A stretch of DNA of 64,000 bases from Eubacterium sp. (lineage in GTDB: Bacteria; Bacillota; Clostridia; Lachnospirales; Lachnospiraceae), in the NCBI GenBank assembly GCA_045539215.1, contig JAZQEX010000067.1, positions 7,232 through 71,231 of the forward strand, given 5' to 3'. Shown here piece after piece: positions 38,965 through 49,050 of this stretch (positions are counted from its first letter, which is position 1; every line of letters starts with the position of its first letter). Made by a program: the position numbers and the translations under genes. The notes under the pieces are model-generated. The model ran no database searches. It worked only from the letters and a program-made list of their open reading frames with translations, and was not told the origin of the DNA.

Positions 38965-38997
38965 CTCCCCTCAGCCTTAATGGCAACGGGGAGCTTT
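38965..38997. terminator. Hairpin, copy 2 of a 29-nt repeat
   Basis: CTCCCC..GCC/GGC..GGGGAG. Confidence 0.65.
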
Positions 38998-39011
38998 GCT
39001 CTGTATTCTAC

Positions 39012-39455
39012 TCATCTCCAGTGTTTTAGTTGTGAAAGATATCCGTCGTATTGTGCTCGCCTCTCCTCTTCCGATAGATTATCCGGATTCGGCATATGCC
39101 CGATTAGATAATCGAGCAACGTATCCTTTGATTTATATGCAAATTCACCATCGGTATAACACCATTTACAATACTCTTCGTTGAAACTCTCATCCGGTTC
39201 TTTGCTGATCATACCGTCATCATTCAATGGCATTCCGCAACATTGACATACAAGCTGCCTGGGACTTCCAAGAAGTGTATTGATTGAAACATTGTATTCC
39301 TTGGATAACAACTTGAGGGTATCCGTATTTGGCTGTGTCTCCCCAGTCTCCCATCGACTGACTGCCTGTCTTGTTACCATTACATGTTCTGCCAGTTCGT
39401 CCTGCGTGAGTTTCTTCTCTTCTCTAAGATTTTTCAATATGTCTTTGATTTCCAT
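39012..39455 (-). CDS. XRE HTH regulator with C-terminal zinc ribbon
   Basis: LTQDELA..VTRQAVSRWETG; CQCCGMP...YCKWCY; AAGGAG RBS. Confidence 0.9.
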   Translation of the reverse strand: MEIKDILKNLREEKKLTQDELAEHVMVTRQAVSRWETGETQPNTDTLKLLSKEYNVSINTLLGSPRQLVCQCCGMPLNDDGMISKEPDESFNEEYCKWCYTDGEFAYKSKDTLLDYLIGHMPNPDNLSEEERRAQYDGYLSQLKHWR

Positions 39456-39517
39456 AGAGCAGATCTCCTTTTTTGATTGGTGCAATTCTATTATTACCTG
39501 TCTGCAGCAGGACAACA

Positions 39518-39534
39518 AGCAACGCGCTGTTGCT
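39518..39534. promoter_or_regulatory. Putative operator palindrome
   Basis: AGCAAC-N5-GTTGCT upstream of the HTH gene. Confidence 0.55.
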
Positions 39535-39549
39535 CTCATCTTGATGCCA

Positions 39550-41049
39550 TTATATCTCGTCTTTAGAATCCTTGATCCTGTAATAATCCTCAGCGTCTAT
39601 ACTAATTTCGACACAATCCTTAGTTTTTTTCTTGTCCAAAAGACACACGCACTCCACGTGAACGGTCTGTGAAAACTGATCAACGGGCCGCACACGATCG
39701 ATTACATATCCCCCATCATATAAAATCCGCAGATCCCTTGCGAGCGTCGCCGGATCGCAGCTGACATAAACGATCCTCTCCGGTGCCATCTCAAGCATAG
39801 TGGTAAGAAGGGATGCGTCACAACCTTTGCGAGGCGGATCGACAACGATCACATCCGGGTGAACTGCATCATTATGTTTTTCTTTTTCCTTCTGATAAAA
39901 GTCCGGTACGATCTCTTCCGCTTTTCCGGTAAAAAAAGTGACATTTTCGATTCCGTTTGCGCGTGCATTTTCATTCGCATCCGCAATCGCTTCCGGCACG
40001 ATCTCGACACCGTATACGTGCTTTGCCTTTTGCGCAAGAAACAATGATATCGTTCCGGCACCGCAATACAGATCCCACACTGTCTCCGTGCCGGTCAGAC
40101 CTGCATATTCGAGCGCCGTCGCATACAGTTTTTCTGTTTGTGCCGTGTTTACCTGGAAAAATGATTTCGGGGAGATCCGATAGGTGATGCCTTTTAGCTT
40201 TTCCGTTATAAAAGGTTCGCCCCGGATCAGACGCACCTCATCCCCAAGGATCACATTTGTATTCTTTTGATTTACATTGATTGAAAAGGAATGCATTTCC
40301 GGGATTGCAAACAATGCATCTGCCAGTGCCTCTTCCCGCGGTATGGCTTTTCCATTTAAGATCAGGCAGACCAGAATCTCTTCTGTCGCAGATCCCCGCC
40401 GGATCAGCACATGGCGTACCAGCCCCTGCCCTTTCGTCTCATCATAGGCCGGAATGTCATATTTCTCCATATGCGCAATGATGATATCCAGAATTTCCCG
40501 GTTCACGGGATGTCCCAACATACAGTCACGATTTTCGATGATTCTGTGGCTTCTTCCTGCATAAAACCCGGTAATAATCCGTCCGTCAGCAGATGTTCCG
40601 ATCGGGAACTGCGCCTTATTACGGTAATGGTACAGCGCATCAGATCCAATGATCGGTTCCAAACGGATGACCTCATCATCCCCTGCCAACGTATCTTCTC
40701 CCGGCAAAACAGCTCTAAAACCGCCGATCCGCTCCAGTACATCTTTTACTTTGCGCATTTTGAATTCCAGTTGCTTTTCATAGGAAAGTGTCTGCAATTG
40801 GCATCCCCCACAAGGACCTGCAAAAGGACATGGCGGTTCCTCGCGATCAGGCGAAGGTTCCAACACTCTGATCAGGCGTGCATATGCATATGTCTTTTTC
40901 ACCTTCGTGATCCCTGCCAGTATCCTGTCCCCCGGAATCGCGTCGCGCACAAAAAGAACGGCACCGTCCACACGGCCGATGCCTTCCCCGTTCGTTCCGA
41001 TATCTTCGATTGTCACTTCAATCTCATCGTTCTTTTTAAGTGTCAGCAT
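39550..41049 (-). CDS. rlmD: 23S rRNA (uracil-1939-C5) methyltransferase
   Basis: TRAM domain, CGGC, YRNK, SFFQVN, DLYCGAG, VDPPRKG, YVSCDP, HVE. Confidence 0.95.
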   Translation of the reverse strand: MLTLKKNDEIEVTIEDIGTNGEGIGRVDGAVLFVRDAIPGDRILAGITKVKKTYAYARLIRVLEPSPDREEPPCPFAGPCGGCQLQTLSYEKQLEFKMRKVKDVLERIGGFRAVLPGEDTLAGDDEVIRLEPIIGSDALYHYRNKAQFPIGTSADGRIITGFYAGRSHRIIENRDCMLGHPVNREILDIIIAHMEKYDIPAYDETKGQGLVRHVLIRRGSATEEILVCLILNGKAIPREEALADALFAIPEMHSFSINVNQKNTNVILGDEVRLIRGEPFITEKLKGITYRISPKSFFQVNTAQTEKLYATALEYAGLTGTETVWDLYCGAGTISLFLAQKAKHVYGVEIVPEAIADANENARANGIENVTFFTGKAEEIVPDFYQKEKEKHNDAVHPDVIVVDPPRKGCDASLLTTMLEMAPERIVYVSCDPATLARDLRILYDGGYVIDRVRPVDQFSQTVHVECVCLLDKKKTKDCVEISIDAEDYYRIKDSKDEI

Positions 41050-41081
41050 GATCGTCTCCGTATCATTTCCGTTAAACCGTA

Positions 41082-42029
41082 TTAATCCCGTCCGGTTCTG
41101 CGGATATTGGAATCAAATAACCTGTTAAAGCCCTGCCATTCCAGGTTGTTTTCCGGGATAGCGGAAATCTCCTCTTTGAAGCTCTCCATCTTTGCATCCA
41201 GATTGTCCGCCATCGAGAGCGCGATTGCCTCTACAAGAGCCGGTTTTTTGGGCGAACCATACTCCAGCTCTCCGTGATGCGCCAGGATACAATGCAGAAG
41301 CTCATTGGAAAGCCGTACCGGGAAGTCAGGAATCTTTGCGATCTGACTTCTGATCTGCATTGCGCCGATCGTAATGTGTCCCAAAAGCTGTCCTGCATCG
41401 GTATAATCGTTTTCCGGGAAAGTGGAAAGTTCATCGAGCTTTCCGATATCATGCAGCATCGCTGCGGTCAGCAAAAGATCTCTGTTCAGGAACGGATATT
41501 GCATGCTGATAAAATCGCAATTCTGCGTTACGGATAAGGTATGCTCCAGCAGTCCGCCGACAAAACCGTGATGTACAGACTTTGCAGCCGAATGATTTTT
41601 AAACCTTGTCGCGAAGGTCTCGTTCTCAAAGAACAGTTCCGCCAGCGCCTTTAAATGCGGATTCTGAAGATTCTTTACGAATTTCATCAGTTCCTGATAC
41701 ATCTGGCCAATGTCTTTGCTGCTGACCGGAAGATAATCAGCCGGATCATATTCGCCTTCTCCTACCTTGCGGATCCGCTTGATATTAAGCTGCGGTGCGC
41801 CCTGGAACATCGTCACGTCACCGACTACATAAACGTAATCAAGGGAATCAAAATCCTCAATGCCGGCAGAATTGACATCCCAGATTTTTGCCGACAGCGT
41901 TCCTGTCTTATCCTGCAATGTTACATTATCATACGGTTTCCCGGCTTTTGTCAGTGCATTTTGTTTTTTCTTGCAGAGGTATACTTCGCCAACGCGGTCT
42001 CCCTCACGCAGTGTTTCTATGTATTTCAT
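41082..42029 (-). CDS. yhaM: 3'-5' exoribonuclease (OB + HD)
   Basis: LQDKTG, AAKSVHH..GGLLEH, LHDIGK, HHG. Confidence 0.9.
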   Translation of the reverse strand: MKYIETLREGDRVGEVYLCKKKQNALTKAGKPYDNVTLQDKTGTLSAKIWDVNSAGIEDFDSLDYVYVVGDVTMFQGAPQLNIKRIRKVGEGEYDPADYLPVSSKDIGQMYQELMKFVKNLQNPHLKALAELFFENETFATRFKNHSAAKSVHHGFVGGLLEHTLSVTQNCDFISMQYPFLNRDLLLTAAMLHDIGKLDELSTFPENDYTDAGQLLGHITIGAMQIRSQIAKIPDFPVRLSNELLHCILAHHGELEYGSPKKPALVEAIALSMADNLDAKMESFKEEISAIPENNLEWQGFNRLFDSNIRRTGRD

Positions 42030-42040
42030 GTTTCTCCTTT

Positions 42041-43810
42041 TTACAAAGTGGAAAGATCAAGGCCTTCTTCTCCGGAGAGCAATTCTTTTAAGATCTCTGT
42101 AATCTTTGTGAGGTCCTCTTCGTCTTTTCCTTCCATATTCAAAACCATCACTGGATCATGTAAAGATGCGCGAAGCAATGCCCAACCGGTCGGCTCTTCA
42201 TTGAAACGGATCCGCACGCCTTCATAGGCTGTCGGCAGCGTATAGCCCTTCTCTTCAGCTTTTTGCTTAAACCGTGCAAGGACTTCCGTTCCATAAGCGC
42301 TAAAGTCTTCTTCCAGGATCTGGAAACGCACTTCCTTATCGGCACATTCCATGTTCAGTCCGGCGATCAGATGATCGATCGTCTCTCCATTTTTTGCTGC
42401 TTTTGCAACCGCTGCCAGAAGTTTCACTGCCAGATAAGCACCGTCATCCAGATAGTAGTTTTCCTTCAGGCATCCATGTCCCGAGGTCTCCATCGCGAGC
42501 GGACTGTTCGTCCCTGCTGCATTCAATTCCTTGCACTTGTCGATGACATTTTTGTAGCCACGCTTGTAGCAAAGATGTACAAGCCCCAGATCATTTTCCA
42601 GGAAATCAGTCAGCCGGTCTGATGTCACAGAATCTGTGATGATCGTACTGCCCGGATTCTCTGGCGCAAGGATCGCCGCCATCATCGCAATGATCGCATC
42701 GCGGTTAAGCGGTGTACCGTCAGACAAAACCGCAGACATCCGGTCAACATCGGTATCAAAGATCAGGCCAAGATCTGCATGATTTGCAAGTGTCGCCTCG
42801 ACGATCGCTGCCATCGCTTCTTTGTTTTCCGGATTCGGCTCATGGTTCGGGAACATCCCGTCAGGATCTAAATATCGGCTGCCCGTGGTATCTGCCCCAA
42901 GCACATTCAATATCTTATCCACAAAGAATCCGCCGGCGCCGTTTCCTGCATCAACCACGATATGCAGTCCTGCAAGCGGTTTGCTGCCCTCATCTGCTGT
43001 GCCGCACTCATCCGTTGTGCTTTCATCCGATGCGATTGAGGCAGTTTCATTTTCTGCCGGAGTGCGCGTGATCGGGGCGGATTCATCCTCTACTGAAGCG
43101 CGCGTGATCGGAGCGGTTTCATCCTCTACTTCCGTGACGACCGGAAGCGCTGATGTTTCATAACCGGTCTCCTTGCGGATCGCATTTGCCAGGCCTGCTG
43201 CATATAATGTGATCAGATCGAAGCTTCTTGGTCTAGGCGACAATCCCGTACCGGTTGCCAGAACCTCATCTGCTTCCAGCTTTGCGGCACGCAGCAGGAT
43301 CTCCCTGATCTGTGCCTTTTCCAGCCCGCCTTCTTTTGTAAAGAATTTGATTCCATTTCTGTGAAACGGCAGATGACTTGCTGTGATCATACAGCCGCCG
43401 TCATAATTCGTCTCCGGATAGACCGTCGACATAAACATCGCCGGCGTAGATGCCATCCCGCAGTCAACGGCGCAGGCATCACTTAAGCGGATTCCCTGCA
43501 TGAACACTTCCTGTACATCCGGACCGGTAATACGGGAATCCCGGCCAACGCCGATTTTCATCTCAGCAGGCTTTTTCCCGGTCTGATCCGAAAGCCATCC
43601 GGCAAACGCCATACCGATATAACGGACGGCTGTCTCCGTCAGATTGACCGCTTCTCCTTTCGGTCCCTCACACGCAATTCCACGGATATCGCTGCCGTTC
43701 TGGAGCTTTAAATAGGTTTTTCCCAGATCGGTTGCTGCGATTTCTTCATAGGAAATCTTGGGCGCTGCCACCGCTTCCTGTTCTCTCTTCCTTTTTCTGA
43801 ATTTAAACAT
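42041..43810 (-). CDS. Phosphoglucomutase/phosphomannomutase family protein
   Basis: NGSDIRG, TASH, DTDVDR, ETSGH. Confidence 0.92.
   Translation of the reverse strand: MFKFRKRKREQEAVAAPKISYEEIAATDLGKTYLKLQNGSDIRGIACEGPKGEAVNLTETAVRYIGMAFAGWLSDQTGKKPAEMKIGVGRDSRITGPDVQEVFMQGIRLSDACAVDCGMASTPAMFMSTVYPETNYDGGCMITASHLPFHRNGIKFFTKEGGLEKAQIREILLRAAKLEADEVLATGTGLSPRPRSFDLITLYAAGLANAIRKETGYETSALPVVTEVEDETAPITRASVEDESAPITRTPAENETASIASDESTTDECGTADEGSKPLAGLHIVVDAGNGAGGFFVDKILNVLGADTTGSRYLDPDGMFPNHEPNPENKEAMAAIVEATLANHADLGLIFDTDVDRMSAVLSDGTPLNRDAIIAMMAAILAPENPGSTIITDSVTSDRLTDFLENDLGLVHLCYKRGYKNVIDKCKELNAAGTNSPLAMETSGHGCLKENYYLDDGAYLAVKLLAAVAKAAKNGETIDHLIAGLNMECADKEVRFQILEEDFSAYGTEVLARFKQKAEEKGYTLPTAYEGVRIRFNEEPTGWALLRASLHDPVMVLNMEGKDEEDLTKITEILKELLSGEEGLDLSTL
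43028..43135. repeat. In-frame 36-bp tandem repeat (3 copies)
   Basis: GCGCGTGATCGG..TTCATCCTCTACT at 43064 and 43100, plus a degenerate copy at 43028. Confidence 0.85.
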
Positions 43811-43827
43811 AAGATTTCCTCACTTTT

Positions 43828-46233
43828 CTATGCAAACGTCACGATCGTGACTCCGACATCGCCTTCTCCATATGCACCAAGATGATAATCCGCAACATAT
43901 TTCTGGCGCTTCAGGTGCGCATGTACGGCATTCCGCAGTGCTCCTGTCCCCTTGCCGTGAACAATTCGGACGCTGTTTAGATGTGCCAGATATGCATCGT
44001 CCAGATATTTGTCCAAAAGCGGGATCGCTTCGTCAACTGTCTTACCGATCAGATTCAGCTCTGCACTGACATTGGCTGTTTTTGACATTTTCAGCTCACC
44101 CATCGAGCTGGCATTCTTTCTGCCGGTATTCTTTTTCTTCTTTATAGCATACGGGTTGTCATCCTCGATCAGGACAAGATCCTTGATGTTGACCTTGTAG
44201 CGCAGAATTCCCATCTGTACCATCAGATCACCTTTTTTATCCGGAAGTGTATGAATGACACCCTTCTGGTTCATGCTAAGGACTTTGACATCATCACCGA
44301 TCCGAAGCTTGTTCGGATTCGGGATGTTATGGTTTTCTGCCGGCTGCTTCTTTTGTAAGGATGCTTTTCCGCTGGCTGACTGCATCTTTTTACGGACAGC
44401 TTCCCGCTCCCGTTCCATCGCAGCCATATTGGCATTTCCGGCGCCGTATTTATGGAAGTTGCGGATGGTCTGGTCCGCGACTTCTTTGGCTTCCCTGAGG
44501 ATGACTGCTGCCTCTTCATTCGCTTCGCGTATGATCTTTGCCTTGCGTTCCTCCAAACGGTCTTTTTGCTCGGAAAGCTGCTTCTTTAACCGCTCCATTT
44601 CCTCACGGTAGGCACTGATCTGCTCCTGATCTTTCTCGAGGCGTCTTCTGCTGTCTTCCAGATCCGCGATCACATCTTCAAAACTCTCGGTCTCCTGAGA
44701 GATCCGTCCTTTTGCATCCTCGATCAGGTGTTTTGGCAGTCCGATCTTCTCAGAGATTGCAAAGGCATTACTCTTTCCGGGAATACCGATCAGAAGATGA
44801 TAGGTCGGGCTAAGGGTCTCAACATCAAATTCGCAGCAGGCGTTTTCCACGCCTTCCGTGCCCAATGCATAGAGCTTCAACTCACTGTAATGTGTCGTCG
44901 CCATCGTCATGCTGCCACGCTCTCTGAGCGTCTCTAAAATTGCAACTGCAAGCGCAGCACCTTCTTCCGGATCGGTCCCGGCGCAAAGCTCATCAAACAA
45001 TACCAGCGACTGGTCGTTGGCACCTTTCAGGATGTTGACGATATTGGTCATATGAGATGAAAACGTACTTAAGCTCTGTTCGATGCTCTGTTCGTCTCCG
45101 ATATCTGCATAAATCTTTTGAAAAACAGGCAGCATGGAACGATCCCCTGCAGGGATATGCAGTCCGGCCTGTCCCATCAGAGAAAATAAACCGACCGTCT
45201 TTAAGGAAACGGTCTTACCGCCCGTATTCGGTCCGGTCACGACCAGAACATGGAAATCCTCTCCCATATAGACATCGATCGGCACTGCTTTCTTTTGATC
45301 AAGCAGTGGGTGACGTCCCTTTCGAATCTTTAAGATGCCTTTATCATTAAACTCAGGACGCATGGCATTCTGATCCAAGGCCAGCTTACCCTTCGCAAAG
45401 ATAAAGTCCAGATCCTTTAAAATACGGAAATCCGCTTCCAGGGAAGATGCATATTCATTGGTCTGCTCAGAAAGCTCCGCCAGGATCTTGTCGATTTCTT
45501 CTGCTTCTTTTCCAAAAGCCTCACGCAGATCATTGTTGAGCTTGACGACCGCCATCGGTTCTACAAACAGGGTCGAACCGCTTGAGGACTGATCATGCAC
45601 CATGCCGGGCACATCACCTTTATGCTCAGCTTTAACAGGCAGACAATATCTGCCGTGACGCATCGTAATGATCGGATCCTGCAGATAGGTCCTTCCTGCG
45701 TTGCTGTTTACGATCTGCTGTAGGGAAGCACGGATTCTGTCATGGATCCCGCGAATGGTTCTGCGGATCTGCCTGAGTGCAACGGATGCCTCATCACTGA
45801 TCTCATCCTCTGCGATAATGCAGCGTTTGATCTCCTCTGCCAAAGGCGTACAGGGTTCCAGTCCGTCAAACAGCCCCTGCAGAGAATCAGAAGGCAGATC
45901 ATCCCGTTCTTCCCGTCCGTAAGCCTTCACACGTCTGGCCACTTCCAGAAGCCTTCCGACCTGCAAAAGCTCTGCTGCATTTAAAACACCGCCCATTTCC
46001 AGGCGTTTTAACATCACGTTCGGATTTCGCATCCCTGCGAAAGAAACATTCCCTTTGCGCAGAATCCTGGCCAATGCATCAGAAGTCTCCTGCTGCGCAC
46101 GCATGATGCGGCCGAGGTCACGCATAGGCTCTAATTTTTTGCACAGCGTGATCCCGTCTTCAGACGTTGCTCTTTCTGCAAGCATTTCTATGATTTTGTC
46201 ATATTCTAATATATGGTAAACTTTCTTATTCAT
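43828..46233 (-). CDS. mutS2: Endonuclease MutS2
   Basis: TGPNTGGKT, EQSLSTFS, coiled coil, Smr domain HGKGTG. Confidence 0.95.
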   Translation of the reverse strand: MNKKVYHILEYDKIIEMLAERATSEDGITLCKKLEPMRDLGRIMRAQQETSDALARILRKGNVSFAGMRNPNVMLKRLEMGGVLNAAELLQVGRLLEVARRVKAYGREERDDLPSDSLQGLFDGLEPCTPLAEEIKRCIIAEDEISDEASVALRQIRRTIRGIHDRIRASLQQIVNSNAGRTYLQDPIITMRHGRYCLPVKAEHKGDVPGMVHDQSSSGSTLFVEPMAVVKLNNDLREAFGKEAEEIDKILAELSEQTNEYASSLEADFRILKDLDFIFAKGKLALDQNAMRPEFNDKGILKIRKGRHPLLDQKKAVPIDVYMGEDFHVLVVTGPNTGGKTVSLKTVGLFSLMGQAGLHIPAGDRSMLPVFQKIYADIGDEQSIEQSLSTFSSHMTNIVNILKGANDQSLVLFDELCAGTDPEEGAALAVAILETLRERGSMTMATTHYSELKLYALGTEGVENACCEFDVETLSPTYHLLIGIPGKSNAFAISEKIGLPKHLIEDAKGRISQETESFEDVIADLEDSRRRLEKDQEQISAYREEMERLKKQLSEQKDRLEERKAKIIREANEEAAVILREAKEVADQTIRNFHKYGAGNANMAAMEREREAVRKKMQSASGKASLQKKQPAENHNIPNPNKLRIGDDVKVLSMNQKGVIHTLPDKKGDLMVQMGILRYKVNIKDLVLIEDDNPYAIKKKKNTGRKNASSMGELKMSKTANVSAELNLIGKTVDEAIPLLDKYLDDAYLAHLNSVRIVHGKGTGALRNAVHAHLKRQKYVADYHLGAYGEGDVGVTIVTFA

Positions 46234-46271
46234 CGATATCAATTCTAACATGTGCATAAAATTGGCACAAG

Positions 46272-46307
46272 AAAAACAGCAGTCCTTTTACAGAACTGCT
46301 GTCTTTT
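46272..46307 (-). terminator. Terminator after rplQ
   Basis: ACAGCAGT/ACTGCTGT stem with U-tract on the minus strand. Confidence 0.7.
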
Positions 46308-46327
46308 CGTAAATCGTTTTTTGGATC

Positions 46328-46852
46328 TTATACCAGCTCAAGTACGACTTCCATCGCGCCGTCACCCTTACGCGGTCCGATCTTGATGATACGGGTATAA
46401 CCACCGTTACGGTTTTCATACTTCGGTGCGATCTCTGTGAACAGTTTGTCGACCAGATCAACCTCTTTGCGGTCTCTCTTCTTCTCAGCCGGCTCAACAA
46501 CCGGATACAGAACCTTCATGATCTCACGTCTGGCATGCAGACGGGACGGAAGATCTTTTTTGATAGTCTTGTCCACTTCTTCGTATACTGTACGCTTCTT
46601 GCCGTCAACGACCTCTTTGATTCTCTTGCCGTCAGCATCTTTCTTAGCGACTTTTGCTTTTACGGTAACTTCTTCAAAGTTGTCTTTTTCTTTGACAGCT
46701 TTTGCGATCAGACGCTCAGCAACCTTACGTACTTCCTTTGCTCTAGCTTCTGTCGTGATGATACGACCGTTGTGAAGCAGTGCAGTTGTCTGGTTGCGCA
46801 GAAGCGCTTTTCTCTGGTCAGCTGTTTTATCTAATTTACGATATTTTGCCAT
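46328..46852 (-). CDS. rplQ: 50S ribosomal protein L17 (long form)
   Basis: [21 protein letters not shown]. Confidence 0.97.
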   Translation of the reverse strand: MAKYRKLDKTADQRKALLRNQTTALLHNGRIITTEARAKEVRKVAERLIAKAVKEKDNFEEVTVKAKVAKKDADGKRIKEVVDGKKRTVYEEVDKTIKKDLPSRLHARREIMKVLYPVVEPAEKKRDRKEVDLVDKLFTEIAPKYENRNGGYTRIIKIGPRKGDGAMEVVLELV

Positions 46853-47021
46853 GATTTCCTCCTCCTTGGGTACATCAGTCATCGCTCTTTGGTCAACTTA
46901 CACGACTGATGCTCATGTGTGTTTGAATCCTGAAAGGATCCTTTGTGTCATCGACAGATCAGATGCCCGTGGTCTTACTCCTTCTGCCGTATATTGCAGA
47001 TGCTTTTGTTTAAGCTCTGCT

Positions 47022-47984
47022 TTAAGCGTCCTCTCCCTGATTCAGGGAAAGACCCAGCTCATTCAGTTTTGCCAGAACTTCTTCTAATGATTTACGGCCC
47101 AGGTTACGAACCTTCATCATATCATCCTGTGTCTTATTGGTCAGCTCCTCTACCGTATTGATACCGGCACGCTTGAGGCAGTTGTAAGAACGAACGGAAA
47201 GCTCCAGCTCGTCAATGTTCATCTCCAGAACTTTTTCCTTTGATGTCTCATTGTTCTCGATCATGACCTCTGCTTCCTGTCCCTTTTCAGACAGATCAAC
47301 AAACAGGCTCAGATGCTCGCTCAGAACCTTAGCAGCAAGGCTGACTGCATCATCCGGACGCAGTGTTCCGTTTGTATATACCTCTAAGGTCAGCTTGTCA
47401 TAATCGGTCACGTTTCCGACACGTGTGTTCTCTACATGCAGATTTACACGCTCTACCGGTGTGTAGATGGAATCGATCGCGATCACGCCGATCGGTGTGT
47501 CGTCGGATTTGTTACGATCCGCACTGACATATCCTCTACCTTTGGTGATCGTCAGCTCCATGAACAATCTGCAGTCTGAACCACCATTCAAATGAGCGAT
47601 CTCGATGTCTTTGTTAACAACTTCGATATCGGAATCCGCCTGAATATCAGCACCGGTTACAGTGCCTTCCCCTTCAAACTCAATGAAAGCAACCTTTGCT
47701 TCATCGGTTGAACTGGTATTCTTCAGTGCGATCTCTTTGATGTTCAGAATGATCTCGGTCACATCCTCTTTTACACCCGGGATAGTAGAAAACTCATGCT
47801 GTACACCGTCAATCTTTACCTGACTGACAGCTGCACCCGGCAGAGAGGAAAGCATGATCCTGCGTAATGAGTTGCCCAGTGTTGTTCCATAACCTCTTTC
47901 AAGGGGCTCAACGACAAACTTTCCATATTTATTATCTTCTGAGATCTCAGCAATCTCAATTTTCGGTTTTTCAAAATCGAACAA
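47022..47984 (-). CDS. rpoA: RNA polymerase alpha subunit
   Basis: [28 protein letters not shown]. Confidence 0.98.
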   Translation of the reverse strand: MFDFEKPKIEIAEISEDNKYGKFVVEPLERGYGTTLGNSLRRIMLSSLPGAAVSQVKIDGVQHEFSTIPGVKEDVTEIILNIKEIALKNTSSTDEAKVAFIEFEGEGTVTGADIQADSDIEVVNKDIEIAHLNGGSDCRLFMELTITKGRGYVSADRNKSDDTPIGVIAIDSIYTPVERVNLHVENTRVGNVTDYDKLTLEVYTNGTLRPDDAVSLAAKVLSEHLSLFVDLSEKGQEAEVMIENNETSKEKVLEMNIDELELSVRSYNCLKRAGINTVEELTNKTQDDMMKVRNLGRKSLEEVLAKLNELGLSLNQGEDA

Positions 47985-48007
47985 CGCAAGCCCTCCTTAT
48001 AAACTAA

Positions 48008-48601
48008 TTATTTGGAATACAACTCGACGATCAGCATCTCATCAACAGGAACGTCAATCATGCTGCGCTTCGGAATCTCCTTAACAGTGCCGCTTAAGTT
48101 CTCCTGATCAGACTCAAGCCACTCCGGTACGATACGGCTGCCTGTTACTTCAAGGATGTCTTTGTAGCGCTGCATTGTCTTGCATTTTTCTTTGATCTCG
48201 ATCACATCACCGGCTTTAACCTGGTAAGACGGAATCTGTACGCGCTTGCCGTTTACCAGTACGTGTCTGTGGTCTACGATCTGTCTAGCCTCTTTACGGG
48301 TTCTTGCGAATCCAAGGCGGAATACTACGTTGTCCAGTCTGCACTCAAGCATGGACATCAGGTTCTCACCAGTCATGCCTTTCATGCGGTCTGCCTTCTC
48401 ATAATAGTTATGGAAGGGTTTTTCCAGAACGCCATAAATAAATTTAGCTTTCTGCTTCTCACGCAGCTGAAGACCGTAATCAGAAATCTTACGGCTGGAA
48501 CGCTTCAGCGTACGATTGGATTTCTTATCGATGCCAAGATAAGCCGGCTCCAGGCCGAGTGATCTGCATCTTTTCAGAACAGGTACTCTATTTACTGCCA
48601 T
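48008..48601 (-). CDS. rpsD: 30S ribosomal protein S4
   Basis: YGLQLREKQK, RLDNVVFR. Confidence 0.98.
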   Translation of the reverse strand: MAVNRVPVLKRCRSLGLEPAYLGIDKKSNRTLKRSSRKISDYGLQLREKQKAKFIYGVLEKPFHNYYEKADRMKGMTGENLMSMLECRLDNVVFRLGFARTRKEARQIVDHRHVLVNGKRVQIPSYQVKAGDVIEIKEKCKTMQRYKDILEVTGSRIVPEWLESDQENLSGTVKEIPKRSMIDVPVDEMLIVELYSK

Positions 48602-48627
48602 TTTGGCTACCTCCTAATAAATCAGAA

Positions 48628-49023
48628 CTATACGCGACGACGTTTTGGCGGGCGGCATCCGTTATGCGGTACAGGTGTAACATCTGTGATGCTTAATACC
48701 TGCAGACCGTTTGCACCCAGTGCACGGATTGCTGCTTCTCTTCCTGAACCCGGACCCTTTACAAATACATCCACAGTCTTCAGACCATGAATCAGAGCCG
48801 CTTTTGTCGCAGTCTCTGCTGCCATCTGAGCAGCATATGGAGTAGATTTCCTTGAACCTCTGAATCCAAGACCACCGGCACTTGCCCATGACAGAGCATT
48901 GCCCTGTGCATCCGTTAATGTAACGATTGTATTGTTGAAGGAAGCCTGGATATGTGCCTGTCCATGTTCAACGTTTTTCTTTACGCGTCTTGTAGTTGAT
49001 CTTCTCGCAACTTTTTTCGCCAT
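48628..49023 (-). CDS. rpsK: 30S ribosomal protein S11
   Basis: [18 protein letters not shown]. Confidence 0.98.
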   Translation of the reverse strand: MAKKVARRSTTRRVKKNVEHGQAHIQASFNNTIVTLTDAQGNALSWASAGGLGFRGSRKSTPYAAQMAAETATKAALIHGLKTVDVFVKGPGSGREAAIRALGANGLQVLSITDVTPVPHNGCRPPKRRRV

Positions 49024-49050
49024 AATAAAACTAACCTACTTTCTTAACTT

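Larger units (their letters stand above)
33640..39660 (-). mobile_element. Accretion island at the rlmD 3' end; cassettes separated by att-like rlmD-tail remnants, no integrase left
   Basis: rlmD-tail-like copies at 37456 and 35939 (clear) and at 38946 and 33660 (weak); accessory cargo; the left boundary is uncertain and may extend to about 31.2 kb. Confidence 0.7.

Noticed and set aside
31238-39549. Intact ICE, IME or prophage at rlmD
   Set aside because: No integrase, relaxase, T4SS or phage genes; only att-like remnants and cargo.
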